A stretch of 52,029 nucleotides of DNA, from the NCBI GenBank assembly GCA_025603075.1, contig MU626398.1, forward strand, positions 1-52,029. Reading direction: 5' to 3'. This document shows positions 1 through 11,800 of the stretch, piece after piece; the stretch's first letter is position 1; each line of letters begins with the position of its first letter. The stretch is from Neoconidiobolus thromboides FSU 785. Taxonomy: Eukaryota; Fungi; Entomophthoromycota. The notes under the pieces were generated by a model. That model ran no database searches and was not told the origin of the DNA. It saw only the letters and a program-made list of their open reading frames with translations. The position numbers and the translations under genes were made by a program.

Positions 1-83
1 ATAGAAATAAAAAGCTTGAGATTGATTGTTTCTGAACTCGAAAACACAACAACTTAAGTGATTGTTATGTTATAATCAATCAT
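1..83. repeat. Dispersed repeat, copy 1 (runs off the window start); partner at 34231-34313
   Basis: Manual alignment to 34231-34313 gives 11 mismatches in 83 nt, e.g. gagattgattgt...aacacaac.acttaagtgattgttatgttata.tcaatcat. Confidence 0.85.
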
Positions 84-227
84 GGCACTAACAAAATAAT
101 ATTTGATACAAATAATACCATTTTTATTTAAAAAAGTTATTATTTATTATATGAAAAAAATGTTTTTAAAAAATAAAGTTAAAATAATCAAAAATAAGCA
201 TAATTAAGCTTTTTATATTAAATAAGT

Positions 228-326
228 GGGGATGTATTTTTATGTTTAACAATTTTACTAACAAATTTTCCACTTAAATAGTGCTTAAAAAACGGAAAAA
301 GTAATGAAGTCAAAACAAACGCTCCC
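228..326 (+). mobile_element. ~99-bp MITE-like element, copy 1 (TSD AAGT)
   Basis: GGGGATGTATTTT...AAACGCTCCC, flanked on both sides by AAGT (224-227 and 327-330). Confidence 0.85.
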
Positions 327-564
327 AAGTATCTCTTGCTTTTTTTGTATTAATAAAGTAAATGGTTAGGAATGATAGTCAATTGTAAAAAATTATTAAA
401 TCAAAACAAGCTTTAACTTATCAAAATATATTTTTATTATTAAACAAAATATTTTTTAATATAAGTATGAAATTTCATGCTTAATAGTATACACCAATTA
501 AGCAGACTATGTGGCTAAAAAGATCTATGTTGATAATAAATTATAAAAAACTAAAAAACAATAT

Positions 565-663
565 GGGGGTGTTTTTTTTAGTTTCATAATTTTTTCTGTT
601 TTTAAACACTATTTGAGTGGGAAAAAGTTGTTAGTAAAATATTAAGCAAAAAAATACATCCCC
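565..663 (-). mobile_element. ~99-bp MITE-like element, copy 2 (TSD ATAT)
   Basis: Reverse-orientation copy GGGGGTGTTTT...AATACATCCCC, flanked by ATAT at 561-564 and 664-667. Confidence 0.85.
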
Positions 664-1476
664 ATATAATTAAAAAAAAAAGTTTATTGAAATTAATTAT
701 AACAAAAGTTTTAAAAAAGCCATTATATAAAAACTATATTATTAAATATAAATATTAAAATATTAAAATGATATTTTTAGAATTAGGAAATAAAGAACTT
801 TAAATTAATTATATATAAATTTAAAATACATTTAGTTTTAGTAACAAAATCATTCAAATTAACATAAATTTATTGTATAAGTTATAACTAAACTGATTAT
901 AAAAATGCAATTATCTTTATAGCTAGTTTAAGTAATTATAATATAATTAACTATTAAACTAATAGAATGATGCTTTGTAACATTATAAAAAATATTACAA
1001 AAAATCATAAATAAATTAAAAGTAGAGGATGTAGAGCTTTTTATATTTATCCTACATATTACCTTTTTTTATAATAAACATTATTTTTGTTTAACTTTTG
1101 AATTTTATTATCTTTAAATTACTATCATTATTACATTTGCTAAAAAATAACGAAATTACTTATTAGATATTACAATTTATATTTTTTATTTATTTCATAA
1201 AGATTAAACTAAAAAAATTAATAATATTACCAAAGATAGCAAAAGTTATAAAAAATACATCAGTTAAAATAAACCAGATAAAGCAACTCTTTATTAGTAA
1301 TATTAGTAATTTCAATAAAATAAAGAGATGTAACTCAACTTTACTAAAAACATTTTTATTACAAATCCAAAATTAGTTAAAATACTAGCCAAATCGCAAA
1401 GATGAGAAAACTTTTTTAAAAGAGAAGGTTTAAATAAAAATAAGCTAAATAATTAATTCAAATGCCACTTCGAACC

Positions 1477-4146
1477 TTAACTCTTCTGTACCACTGACGT
1501 TTCTAATTTCAAATCCACTTGTCTCACTTTTTCTTCACTTTCTTTATCTCCCTTCATCCTCACTCCACTTTCATCATTACCAACTATTGCTTCAATTTCA
1601 CTCCCATTATACTGACCCATCTGCCTCTGCCTACTTGACTTTTTCCTAACTGGTGTATTTTTTTTAATTATATGGGTTGCTGTTGCAATATTTGTTTTAT
1701 AAACTGAGCTCCTCTTATTGAAGCCTTCATTTAATTTATCTGTGCCCATATCGTCATCGATTTCCGATTGCATTCGATTGGTTTGGTATTCATTATAAGT
1801 CTTTTCTTTTTTTTCTCTCTTCTTTCTTACAGGAACAACGATATGGGACTGGGTGTGTGGGATCCTTGGTATTTTATCGTTAGAATTAGAGGAGGGTAGC
1901 TCAGTAGAATATTTTTTATTATAGGGAAATGGTAAGGATTGTCTTTTGTTGTCCAAAGTTTGATGTGAAATACGGCGCGAGATCTTCAAATCTAAATCGG
2001 AGAGATCACTGGTCCTTCTAGGGTCTAAAGTGGTGCTCGTCCTCAGCTTTAATAGCTGCTCTTTATTTATGAAGGAGGATAGCGGTCGGTCATCTTCATC
2101 TTCATTTTTCTCATTTTTCTCATTCTTCTTCAAAGGTCTTATTTTTGTTTTTAGTTTCCTTTCTGGGGTTTTTCCTTGTGTTTTTTCTTGTGTTTTTTCA
2201 GTATGGGTTAATATTTCATTTAAATTTTCCTCTAAGTCATTGTTTTTAATTTTCTTCTCAGTTATTCTTCTTATCACAATGGGTGGCTCTGTGGGCGGAG
2301 GTGGTAGAGATATTGTTGGCTTAGGTGGTAATATTTGATTGACCTCATCTAAACCAGGAGTTGTAAAGTTATCGTTATCAACGATTATTTCCTCTTCCAT
2401 TGTTTCGCTTATTTGGCTTTCATCTCTTATTTCTGTTAAATTAGTTTCATTTGATATTAATAATGATTCGCTTAAAATATCCTTATTTATCACCTCTTCT
2501 TCCATTTGATTTATTACTTGTTCACTTTGGTCTATTTTTTTATTACCTTCATCCTCTTCCTTATTCATTCTTTCGCCATTGATCATTAATAAAGGAGATG
2601 CTAACGATTCCCCTATATCGTTTTTAGCCGTCAAATCCTTGATGTGATTGTTTCCATTCACTTGCTTATCAATTTCTTCATTCAAATACCGATCTTCTTT
2701 GGATTCATTTAAATCAAAATTCTGATAACTTTCGCCAAGCATATCTTCAGGCGTAAGTGCTGCTAACTCAGAGTCAATATCAATCGATAGTACTGAATTT
2801 TGGTCTTCATAGTCTATTGATTCAACTTCCTTTATTTGATTCCTAAATTTGTTAGCTTCTTCCCTTGTGAAACTTATGTATGGCTCCGCATCTAAATCTT
2901 CTGGTTGTAAATTGGCTAGTTCTGAATCAATATCTGGTAAGTCTAAACCTGCTTCTAAATCTAAGTTTAATTCATCGCTTTCTTGATTGACATTTTCTTC
3001 TTTTTGTACGTTTGGTAGAGGCAGAGAAAAAGAGGATGAAGAGGGTGATAATGCCCTTGGTGATCCTGAGTTGATTTCCGGTGAAAATAAGCGACTTCTT
3101 AATTCAGCTCTAGAATTATGATCCTTCGGCGAACTTGATGGTAGTGAGTTTAATGAGTGTATGCTTTTTGGAGAAACACTATGTTCATTATTGCCTTGCG
3201 GCAGTCCTCTAAGCGAAGAAAACTTGACATTACTTTTTTTATCCCCATTCAATGCCTCTCTATCCTCTATCATAATTGTTGGTTTATTACATGTTTCACT
3301 AACTACCGGCATTAAATTCAATAGTTCGTTTTCAGCCAACCCAGAGTCTTCTTCTTCCTCTTCACAATTTAACCATTCCTCCGAACTGCGTTCTATTGAA
3401 CTCGAGCGGGGCTGCTTCGGACTCGATTTTGAACTAAATTTAAATAAATCACGTACAAAGTTATAAGAATCTGAACGTCGCTTCTCTTTGCCTTTTTTTG
3501 AGCCTATAGAATCCATCGACCGCCTTCCGCTTTCGTTAGCGGAACTATACTCCAGCTCTGAAGTGGCACTCGAGGTCAGAGAAGTAGTTGAGGCATGCCT
3601 TGGTGAATATGGGCAAGTTTCTAACAACGCTTGAGAAGCGTTTTTTTTGAACCAGTTTAATACTTTATCCAAATGCTTCACCCTGCCCTCCAGTGTATCT
3701 TTATCTGTCTGTAATTGGCTAACCAAAGTATCTTTGGTTTGTACCACTTTTTTCAAGGCGTCCACACTTAGTTTGCAATGCAATAATTCTCGCTTGAAGT
3801 GCTTATTTTGTTCGGTTAAGTAATAATTTTCAATCTCTACCTTTTCCAAGGATACCTGATTTGGTAAAACCTCCGGTAAAGCATTATCCGATGAAGCATT
3901 GGATAATACAGAATTAGGACTCTTTAATGGAGATGGTAGAGACCTGGCCGGTGATAAAGGTGAAGATATCTGGGGGCTGGTTGGTGAATTTATTGGTGAT
4001 GTGATTAAATTGGCACTGTCTCGATTGATATCTTCATTTAATAATGTTTTTAACTGTTTTTCAAATTGGGGGTCAAATGTCTTTGAATTATCTTTCTTTT
4101 TGTCTTTTCCTATACCCATTTTAAGCTTTGACATCTTAAAGGTCAT
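1477..4146 (-). CDS. Hypothetical ~889-aa low-complexity protein with an N-terminal coiled coil
   Basis: Uninterrupted 902-codon ORF whose first ATG is at 4146 (MTFKMSKLKMG). S/E/K-rich and disorder-like, with a heptad segment YYLTEQNKHFKRELL...LDKVLNWFKK. Probable 5'UTR intron 4167-4213 (GTAACT...TTTTAG). No family recognised. Confidence 0.8.
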   Translation of the reverse strand: MTFKMSKLKMGIGKDKKKDNSKTFDPQFEKQLKTLLNEDINRDSANLITSPINSPTSPQISSPLSPARSLPSPLKSPNSVLSNASSDNALPEVLPNQVSLEKVEIENYYLTEQNKHFKRELLHCKLSVDALKKVVQTKDTLVSQLQTDKDTLEGRVKHLDKVLNWFKKNASQALLETCPYSPRHASTTSLTSSATSELEYSSANESGRRSMDSIGSKKGKEKRRSDSYNFVRDLFKFSSKSSPKQPRSSSIERSSEEWLNCEEEEEDSGLAENELLNLMPVVSETCNKPTIMIEDREALNGDKKSNVKFSSLRGLPQGNNEHSVSPKSIHSLNSLPSSSPKDHNSRAELRSRLFSPEINSGSPRALSPSSSSFSLPLPNVQKEENVNQESDELNLDLEAGLDLPDIDSELANLQPEDLDAEPYISFTREEANKFRNQIKEVESIDYEDQNSVLSIDIDSELAALTPEDMLGESYQNFDLNESKEDRYLNEEIDKQVNGNNHIKDLTAKNDIGESLASPLLMINGERMNKEEDEGNKKIDQSEQVINQMEEEVINKDILSESLLISNETNLTEIRDESQISETMEEEIIVDNDNFTTPGLDEVNQILPPKPTISLPPPPTEPPIVIRRITEKKIKNNDLEENLNEILTHTEKTQEKTQGKTPERKLKTKIRPLKKNEKNEKNEDEDDRPLSSFINKEQLLKLRTSTTLDPRRTSDLSDLDLKISRRISHQTLDNKRQSLPFPYNKKYSTELPSSNSNDKIPRIPHTQSHIVVPVRKKREKKEKTYNEYQTNRMQSEIDDDMGTDKLNEGFNKRSSVYKTNIATATHIIKKNTPVRKKSSRQRQMGQYNGSEIEAIVGNDESGVRMKGDKESEEKVRQVDLKLETSVVQKS

Positions 4147-4497
4147 CTTCAAATTCTTATATAAGGCTAAAACGGGAGTGAGCAACGTTATATGGGGATG
4201 TAGTTAAAGTTACCTGAGTGAAAAGATGAAAAAGGCTGACTGAATTAATTAGTAAAAATGAACTCTTGCCTTTCTTGGTTTAAATTCAAAATGAACTAAA
4301 CTGTTGAAGTTTATTAAAAATGATTGGTTCAGCCCGATCATTAGTGATTAAATTGTTTTTTTTATGAAATTTTTGGTGGATTTTTGGTTATTGGCGGGTG
4401 TTTTTTTAAAAATTCCAAATGAGTGGCATAAAGTTTTAACATTTTGAATCTTAAATGTTTAAAGTTTAAATCAATATAACACTTTTAAAAGCCATAT

Positions 4498-4589
4498 GGG
4501 GGTGTTTTTAGTTTCATTAATTTTTCGATCTTTAAGCGCTAGTTAAGTGGAAAAGCTATTAATAAGATTCTTACAAAAAATACATCCCT
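4498..4589 (-). mobile_element. MITE-like element, copy 3 (degenerate)
   Basis: ATAT|GGGGGTGTTTTTAGTTTCATT...AAGCGCTAGTTAAGTGGAAAA...AAATACATCCCT|ATAA; the right TSD is imperfect. Confidence 0.8.
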
Positions 4590-4855
4590 ATAATATACTT
4601 TCATCGCTACTGGAATTTTTGAAAATGTAAATGCACTGTTTTTTAAAACAAATTAATTGTCCAAGCCTAAGTCTTTTGAAAAAAAATATTAATTGTAAGA
4701 TATTTTAGGAGGACTTCCACTCATTATCAATGATAATAAATAAAAATACCCTTATCCTAGTACATTATCTATTTTATTGTTTTTCTCTTTAGTAAAGCTT
4801 TTAGAGAAAGAAGCATAAGTTTTTACATTTTGCTAACTTATCTTTATTATTATAT

Positions 4856-4947
4856 GGAGTGTTTTTGACTTCATCACCTTTTTATCTCAAGTGCTATTTG
4901 AGCGGGAAAATTGTTAGTAAAATTCTCAAACACAAAAATACATCCAC
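4856..4947 (-). mobile_element. MITE-like element, copy 4 (TSD ATAT)
   Basis: ATAT|GGAGTGTTTTTGACTTCATC...GTGCTATTTGAGCGGGAAAA...AATACATCCAC|ATAT. Confidence 0.85.
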
Positions 4948-5663
4948 ATATGCTTATAATTTATAGTGTTTAAATAATAATAAAATAAAGTATAACATCC
5001 TAAAAAATCATCATCAATTATTATGAATCGGGCTAGATTTCAAGCTATTTAATTTTAATAAAAGTAAATAAAAAATCATTAATTTATAATTATATAAACA
5101 TTTCTATATACATTGAAATTTAAAAGTTGTTTTTGATTTATCCTTCTCAAATGTTAATTTTAACATATTTAGTGTTGTACACTATTATAAAAAAGCTTTT
5201 TAAATATAAATTAAGATGATTTTTTGGTTTTATCTAACTAATAATCATTTATATAGTATAAAGTTGCAACAAACTATTACTAAATATAAGATTTTTTAAA
5301 CCAATTGTATATTTGAATTTAAGATCTTGATCATTTTTATACAATATAAAATTCAAAAACAATAATTGAATTTTTAACAAAAAACACATATGAATTTTCA
5401 GTATAGAAAAAATTACTAAAAACATCTAGACAGCCTTTGACAGTGTTAAATTGCTTTTAATACCCTCCCCCAGTTAGCAGGGACTTGTTAGGACTACTAT
5501 ACTATGTAGCCATTTTAAGTTCTGACTATTTTATGAATTTTTCTGAAATTTGCGATTCAAATTCAGCTATAAATTATTTCCATTTTATTGTGTCTTAAAA
5601 TTTTCGTCATTTTAATAACTCAATTTTTTATTTACTTTAGCTTTAGATCAACAAATACTTTAA

Positions 5664-7758
5664 ATGATGAGTACAGTTAATAACCATGAAGTTTTAGATG
5701 GATCCAATAAAAATGTTGATATATGGTCTTCAATTTTAGACTCGGTTGCCCTTACTAAAATAACTCCGGTTAAAAATGTGTTCTTGTTAGGTAATATAAT
5801 TTACATTTATAATTGCTTAATAGCTTTAAATGAGTATCTGATTGTTATTAATGATGGTTGCTTATGGGACTTTAGTGACTTTAGCTACTTGGTTTAAATT
5901 AATACATAATAAATAAGGTTATTTATATAATTAAATAGGAGAACCAAACTCCGGAAAAACCACCTTTTTGAATTTTATGAAACATGAAAGTCGGGTTAGA
6001 GATAAACCTGTTACTAAAGGAGACCAGATTTTAAATACATATGAAGATGCCCCAGCCACCACTTCTGAAGAAGATTTTTTTAAATATTTAGATAAAAACC
6101 CAGCATCAACAAAATTAGCATATACACACTCATTTGTTGAACTAAAAGATGAAGAGTCAGATGGTAATTGATTATTTAAACCAAAGTTCATAACAATTAA
6201 TTTTAAAAGATACAATGGCGAGATTGAATTTATATCAGCTGTCAGAACATGACCCCAAGTTACATGAACTTGTCAATTTAAGCTTGAATTATCACACGTA
6301 TAAAGATTCTATTGCTTTGATCTTCTTAGACTGGTCAAAACCTTGGGAGTTTATAAATCAGCTCATCAAATGGTTAAGAGTTTTAGAGATAGCTTATTAT
6401 AATGCTTTAGACCATGGAGGTGATCCTCGTACTATAAATGATCCAAATAGATGGACTCAAGGAATTGCACATTTGGATGAATTAAAAGAAAGATGTAATT
6501 CAATCATTATTTTTAAATGAAATCTTTATTTATTTATTTGTCTAGTGGAGCTATTTTTAAGCGAATCAAAAGAACAAAGTAAAACCCCCCAACCTGATAA
6601 TGGAGAGGAAAGCAATGATACAAAAACTAATAATGGCTCTTTAATTCCTGAAGGATGCCTTACTAGGAATCTTGGGCTTCCGATTTTTATAGTTTGCACA
6701 AAGGTATTTATATATTTATAATAATATTATTTATTGATTTCAATAGTCAGATAAAATTAAACAAGTGGTTCGAGATGCTGAGCTAAGCGAGAGACATTTT
6801 GATTTTATTCAACATTCACTCAGGGCTGTTGGGTTGATGTGTAATATTAGTCTTAATTGTTTTAATCTTTAAACTGACCTTTTTAGATGGTGCTAGTTTG
6901 ATTTATACATCTACTCTTCGCCCAGATTCATTTTCCTTATTGAGAAATTACCTTTTATACCGCCTGTTTTCTGTAACAATATCCAATACGAATCAAAGTA
7001 CAGATCCTTCTAATACTCAAGCACCTTCTACCTCCATCCTTCCATCCTATTTAAATCATTTTAAAGTAAAAGGACGTTTTATGGAAAGAGAAAGAATATT
7101 TATACCAAGTGGATGGGATTCTTATAACAAAATTCGGATCTTAGATTCTAACTTTGATTGTGAAGCAGTTCAAGAAGGAACTGCGATTGACCTTTACAAT
7201 GAACTTTCATCACATCTTCCAGCTCATCATTTAGCTAAAGTGAAAAAAGAGGAGGATGAAGAAGAAATTATGTCTTTTAATGAAGCTTTTTCGTCAATGA
7301 TACCACTTCCCTTTTCATCAAAAAATGTAAGCTTGATATATTGATAAAAATTGACCTAACTCTTTTTTAGAAAGATTTGGAAACTTCTTATATTATTCCA
7401 GAACCTGAGCAACAATTTTTGGCTGCTCATTATGCTATGTTCCAAGGACTTGATTCTTCTAATTTTTTCAAAAGTCAAATGCCATATGTTGGTACCGTAG
7501 GAATGGTTGGAAAAGGAGAGCATACTGTAAGGATTAATTTAAAAATATTCATGCAATTATTAATATTTGTTTAGAATACCACTGAGTCAAAAGTAAGAAT
7601 ATCATTTTTTTATAGTTAACAGAATCAAAGCTTAAAACCTAAATAATATATAAAATTTAAATTTTATTTTTTAGGTTGATACAGGTACAACAGAAAGCGC
7701 AGCTTCTGGGAATTCCTTCTTCAAAATGTTAGCTATGAAAGATAGTTCTAATAATTAA
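5664..7758 (+). CDS. DYN3: Cytoplasmic dynein light intermediate chain (9 exons)
   Basis: Spliced by hand: 5664-5790, 5939-6163, 6210-6494, 6546-6703, 6747-6840, 6887-7326, 7371-7526, 7575-7592, 7675-7758, all with GT-AG introns and consistent phases. DLIC motifs: IWSSILDSV, GEPNSGKTT, FLDWSKPW, PEGCLTRNLGLPIFIVCTKSD, YGASLIYTS, IFIPSGWDSYNKI, and C-terminal NSFFKML. Confidence 0.92.
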
Positions 7759-8403
7759 AAAAGTTAGCATACATAACTTAGCATACATTTTATTGGATGC
7801 GCGATATTTTGATTCATAAAAATTAATTATATAAAGTGGGGTATATAAAATCAGTAACTTGGTTTCAGTTTTTTTTGTAATAAGTTTAAATTATTTTTAT
7901 AATTGTTCATAAAGCCTTATATAATGTTTAAGTTTTATTTAATCATAAATTAATATATTGATATAGTTTTAGTAATCTTTACTAATGAAATATTGTGTTA
8001 AGTAATTCTTACAATGAGAACATATTCCCTGTTCAGTATGTCCACTTTTAATGTAGACTAAAATTTTAAAAATTCATTAGTTAAGTTTAGAATGAAAAAA
8101 CATGGCTACATTTTGGAGCAGATATTTCTGAATATGAAGAGTAATATTTTAATTAACATGGTCTTAAATGAACTTCTTAAAAGTAACTACAACTGAGTTA
8201 ATTGAATTTCATCTAGTAGAGACCTTTTCAAAAGATTGACGATAGCTATTAAAAGTGATACATAACTCAAGTTGTAAATTAGACTCAAACAGGAATAGAA
8301 TTTTAATTGCAAATATTAAGAGTTAAAATTGTTTGTCGTAATTAGTCCGGTTTTAAATCATTGAAAAATTAAGTTCTATTTTTGAAAACTTTTATTTTTT
8401 AAA

Positions 8404-11388
8404 ATGTATTTGAAAGACCAAATTAATGAAAGAAAAGTCAATGAGATAATAACAATAAATAAGTAACTAGCTTTAAATATAAAGATGTTTAAATTAACTG
8501 ATTTGTATTAGTTTTGATTGTTTATTTAAAAGGGAGTTGGCAGCAATAAAATTCAATTTTGAAAAGGTCCATTTGGAAGATATACTGATTAAAGTCAACG
8601 AATTAAAGGTAAATCCTATGATACTAATCCCAGTTATTTTTTTAATGTTAATATTATATTCAGCAATTAAATCATCCAATATTCAATCAAATAATTGATA
8701 TTATTGTTTGTAAACAAAGTAATCTGTTAAGCCAATTTCATTATGTTTAACTTAATCTTTATCTATAGATAACCAAATAATAATTATACAAGAGTATAAC
8801 AATTGTAATGACGAGAATACCAAAGAAAAAAATTTAATATCGATTAATAATGAAATTGAAGAAGAAGAGATTAAAAAGATAAAACTATTATTTTTTCAAT
8901 TAATTAATGGCATTTCGTATTTAAAAAATATCAATATTATTTCCTTTATTGGTAACTTGAATCCTAAAACAATCTATCAATACAAACTAAATATTATAAA
9001 TGATAATAATAGCGAGGTAATCTAATGATAACATGATACTTGTATTTGCTAATTATATTTATTCAAGTAGTATTTAATTAAATTACCCTATTTTTATCTA
9101 AACTATTTATCTAATAATGGATTATTATTCAATTATGAGCATACGTAACTAAATTTATTAAATGCAATTAAAAGCTGACTAACAGTTAAATAGGGATTTA
9201 TATTATTGTTCGCCAGAATATTTAGTAAGTATATTAAGAGAAGAAAAGACTATTATATTGGATGAAAGAGTAAGTATATTATATAATACTATCATGTTTA
9301 GAACTAACTAATAAATAAATAGAGTGATTTATGGAGTATAGCTATAGTTATAATTGAAAAGATATTGAGAAAGGAAAAGATTATTCAAGACTATCTAATT
9401 TATCACAAAAGTCAATCAATTACTACTATCCAAGAATATTTTGTACAATTACTAAACTTGTTAAAAGATAAAGAGGAATATCAACTGTTTATACAATTCA
9501 TTGAAAATAAAATAGTAAATATAAATAATGAAAAGAATAAGTTATTGGAATTTTGGTCAATTATTAAACCATTATTGAATTTAGATGTTAATCATCGTAC
9601 TTCAATCAACTCGTTAATAACATCTAATTATTTTGCAAATTTCAGATTAAAGTTATTACAATTTGATTTGTATTGTAATGAAATTGAGTATTATCAAAAG
9701 AATGGATTAAGTAAGGACTATAATACCAATTTAATAGCATTAAGTGAAGCTTATTATCTATTCAAAATTAATAACAATGACAATAATAATAGTAATTATA
9801 ATAATTCAATTGAAGACAAAATACAATACTGCACAATAAATAATAATGAAATGAATAGTAAAGAGTATAGAATCATACAGTTAGTTAATAAGGAAATTGT
9901 CATAAACAATGATGATAATGATAATTATAAAAAGAACGATTTTTTATTCTTTAAGTTGAATACAACATTTGATGTCAATAATACTAATTCAAGGACCTTA
10001 ATAAAATACAAAAAGTTAATACTAGAATATCCAAAGAGTGCGTCAATAATTAAGCAAGAATATTACAATAACAATCAACAGGAAGAGTTGATTAAAAAAT
10101 ATTATTGTGGAAGATTATGGGCCAGTTTGTTAAATATCAACAAGGATTTTGAAACGGAATATTTTAATCTAATAAAATATTTACCTTTTTTAGAGGAAAA
10201 GCAAATTTTAATGGATCTACCAAGGTGCCATAATTATCATGCTTTGTTAAACTCAAAGCTCGGTCAATTGAAACTAAAATCCATTATCAAGTCTTTCCTA
10301 TTCAATAATCCTAATTTCGTTTATTGGCAAGGTAATATTAATAATAATACTATGATGTGAATAGTATTATTTACTATTTATATAGGTTTAGATTCAATTG
10401 CAGCTACATTTTTAACTATTAATTATATGGAAGAAGCAATAAGTTATAAGAGTATGGAGCAGTTTATTAAAAAGTATTTAAGCAATTTATTTTTAAAAGA
10501 AAACAATCAAATATTAAATGAAAAAATGGATCAGATGGAATTATTATTGAAATATTTGGATCCTACTTTGGCTAATCATCTATCTCATATTGAATTAGAG
10601 CCTAAATTTTATTCGGTTTCTTGGTTCCTTACTTTATTTACTCGTAAATCTTATTATTATTACTATTTTTATACATATTAATAATTTATTTAGATGTATT
10701 TCCATTTGATAAGATTTATCAACTGATTAGTAATATCTTAAAATATGACCCAGAATATACAATCTATTTAGCCAGTACAATATTAATTTATTACAAAAAG
10801 AAATTACTAAAGAAGAACTTTAATGAAGCAATTCATTTATTTTCTAATAATTTAAAGGACTTAGATTTAGGTTGGATATTAACTCAGTCTACGTATTATT
10901 ATGATAAGTATTTGATTACGTTTCACAATAATATTCAAAATCAAAATCAATTTTTACCTTTTAATCCAGAACTACCTTTCCTAGATTTATCCGATTTAAC
11001 CCTTCCAACTATTAACAATAATAACATTTCACAATTAGAATATCTACTACTTGATTGCAATAAAAGTGTTGCATTGAATAAAGATAAAGAAACAATGGTT
11101 GAACAGCCTGTACATTATAAAAATAGCATTATCTATGATCCAGAGGATGATTTAATTAGTCTAATTAAGTTTTTAAGTTTCAAAAGTAAACTTAAGACTG
11201 TTATCTTAAGTAATGATTTAGAATATTCTACTAATTTGATTCATCATTTAATCAAACACCAAGTACCTTTCGTTGGTTTACCTTTAGCCTTACCTCAAAA
11301 TTGTAATTGTAATCCTGGCTTCATTGGGGGTTCTGGGGCTAAAAAGGAAAAGCCAAATGGCTTTAAATCCTTATTTTGTACCTGTTAA
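8404..11388 (+). CDS. TBCK: TBC1-domain-containing kinase-like protein (pseudokinase + Rab-GAP TBC + rhodanese-like)
   Basis: Spliced 5' exons 8404-8462, 8512-8608, 8664-8718, 8769- are in phase. Kinase-like segments: ELKQLNHP, FFQLINGISYL, YYCSPEY, SDLWSIAIV. TBC motifs: ILMDLPRCH, YWQGLDSI, FYSVSWFLTLFT, HVFP. C-terminal rhodanese-like region LLLDCN. Internal exon boundaries are approximate. Confidence 0.82.
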
Positions 11389-11442
11389 AAATGGAAAATA
11401 AAAATTCACCATGTTTGTTATTTAAGATTTTAAATAGTATAT

Positions 11443-11541
11443 GGGAGTGTTTTTTTTGGCTTCATAACTTTTTCCATCTTTTAAACGCTATTTGAGTGGA
11501 AAAATTATTAGTAAAATTCTTAAATACAAAAATACATCCCC
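11443..11541 (-). mobile_element. ~99-bp MITE-like element, copy 5 (TSD ATAT)
   Basis: ATAT|GGGAGTGTTTTTTTTGGCTTCAT...ACGCTATTTGAGTGGAAAA...AATACATCCCC|ATAT. Confidence 0.88.
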
Positions 11542-11800
11542 ATATCTTTTAAATTTCATGTTATATAGGAAGTGAGCAAATGAACAAAACAAAAAATAAA
11601 GTTCAAAGTATCTTCGATTAGTTCTTTATCTTTAATATGTTTATCGTATATCTAAATGTTTTTAGAGGTCTGCATCTAAATTCATGTTGCCCCTCTTATT
11701 ACTGTGACTGATATCTTATTCACTTAAACTCAGTTGATCAATTCCTTCTTACTACCAACTTTTCGTTTATTTTTTCAACAATTCAGTTATCCTGATTTAG

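Noticed and set aside
2030-4207. Plus-strand ORFs 2030-2338, 3161-3466 and 3899-4207
   Set aside because: Antisense shadows of the low-complexity 889-aa gene; no recognisable motifs.
5931-6215. Minus-strand 94-aa ORF
   Set aside because: Antisense to DLIC exon 2, whose spliced frame is well supported.
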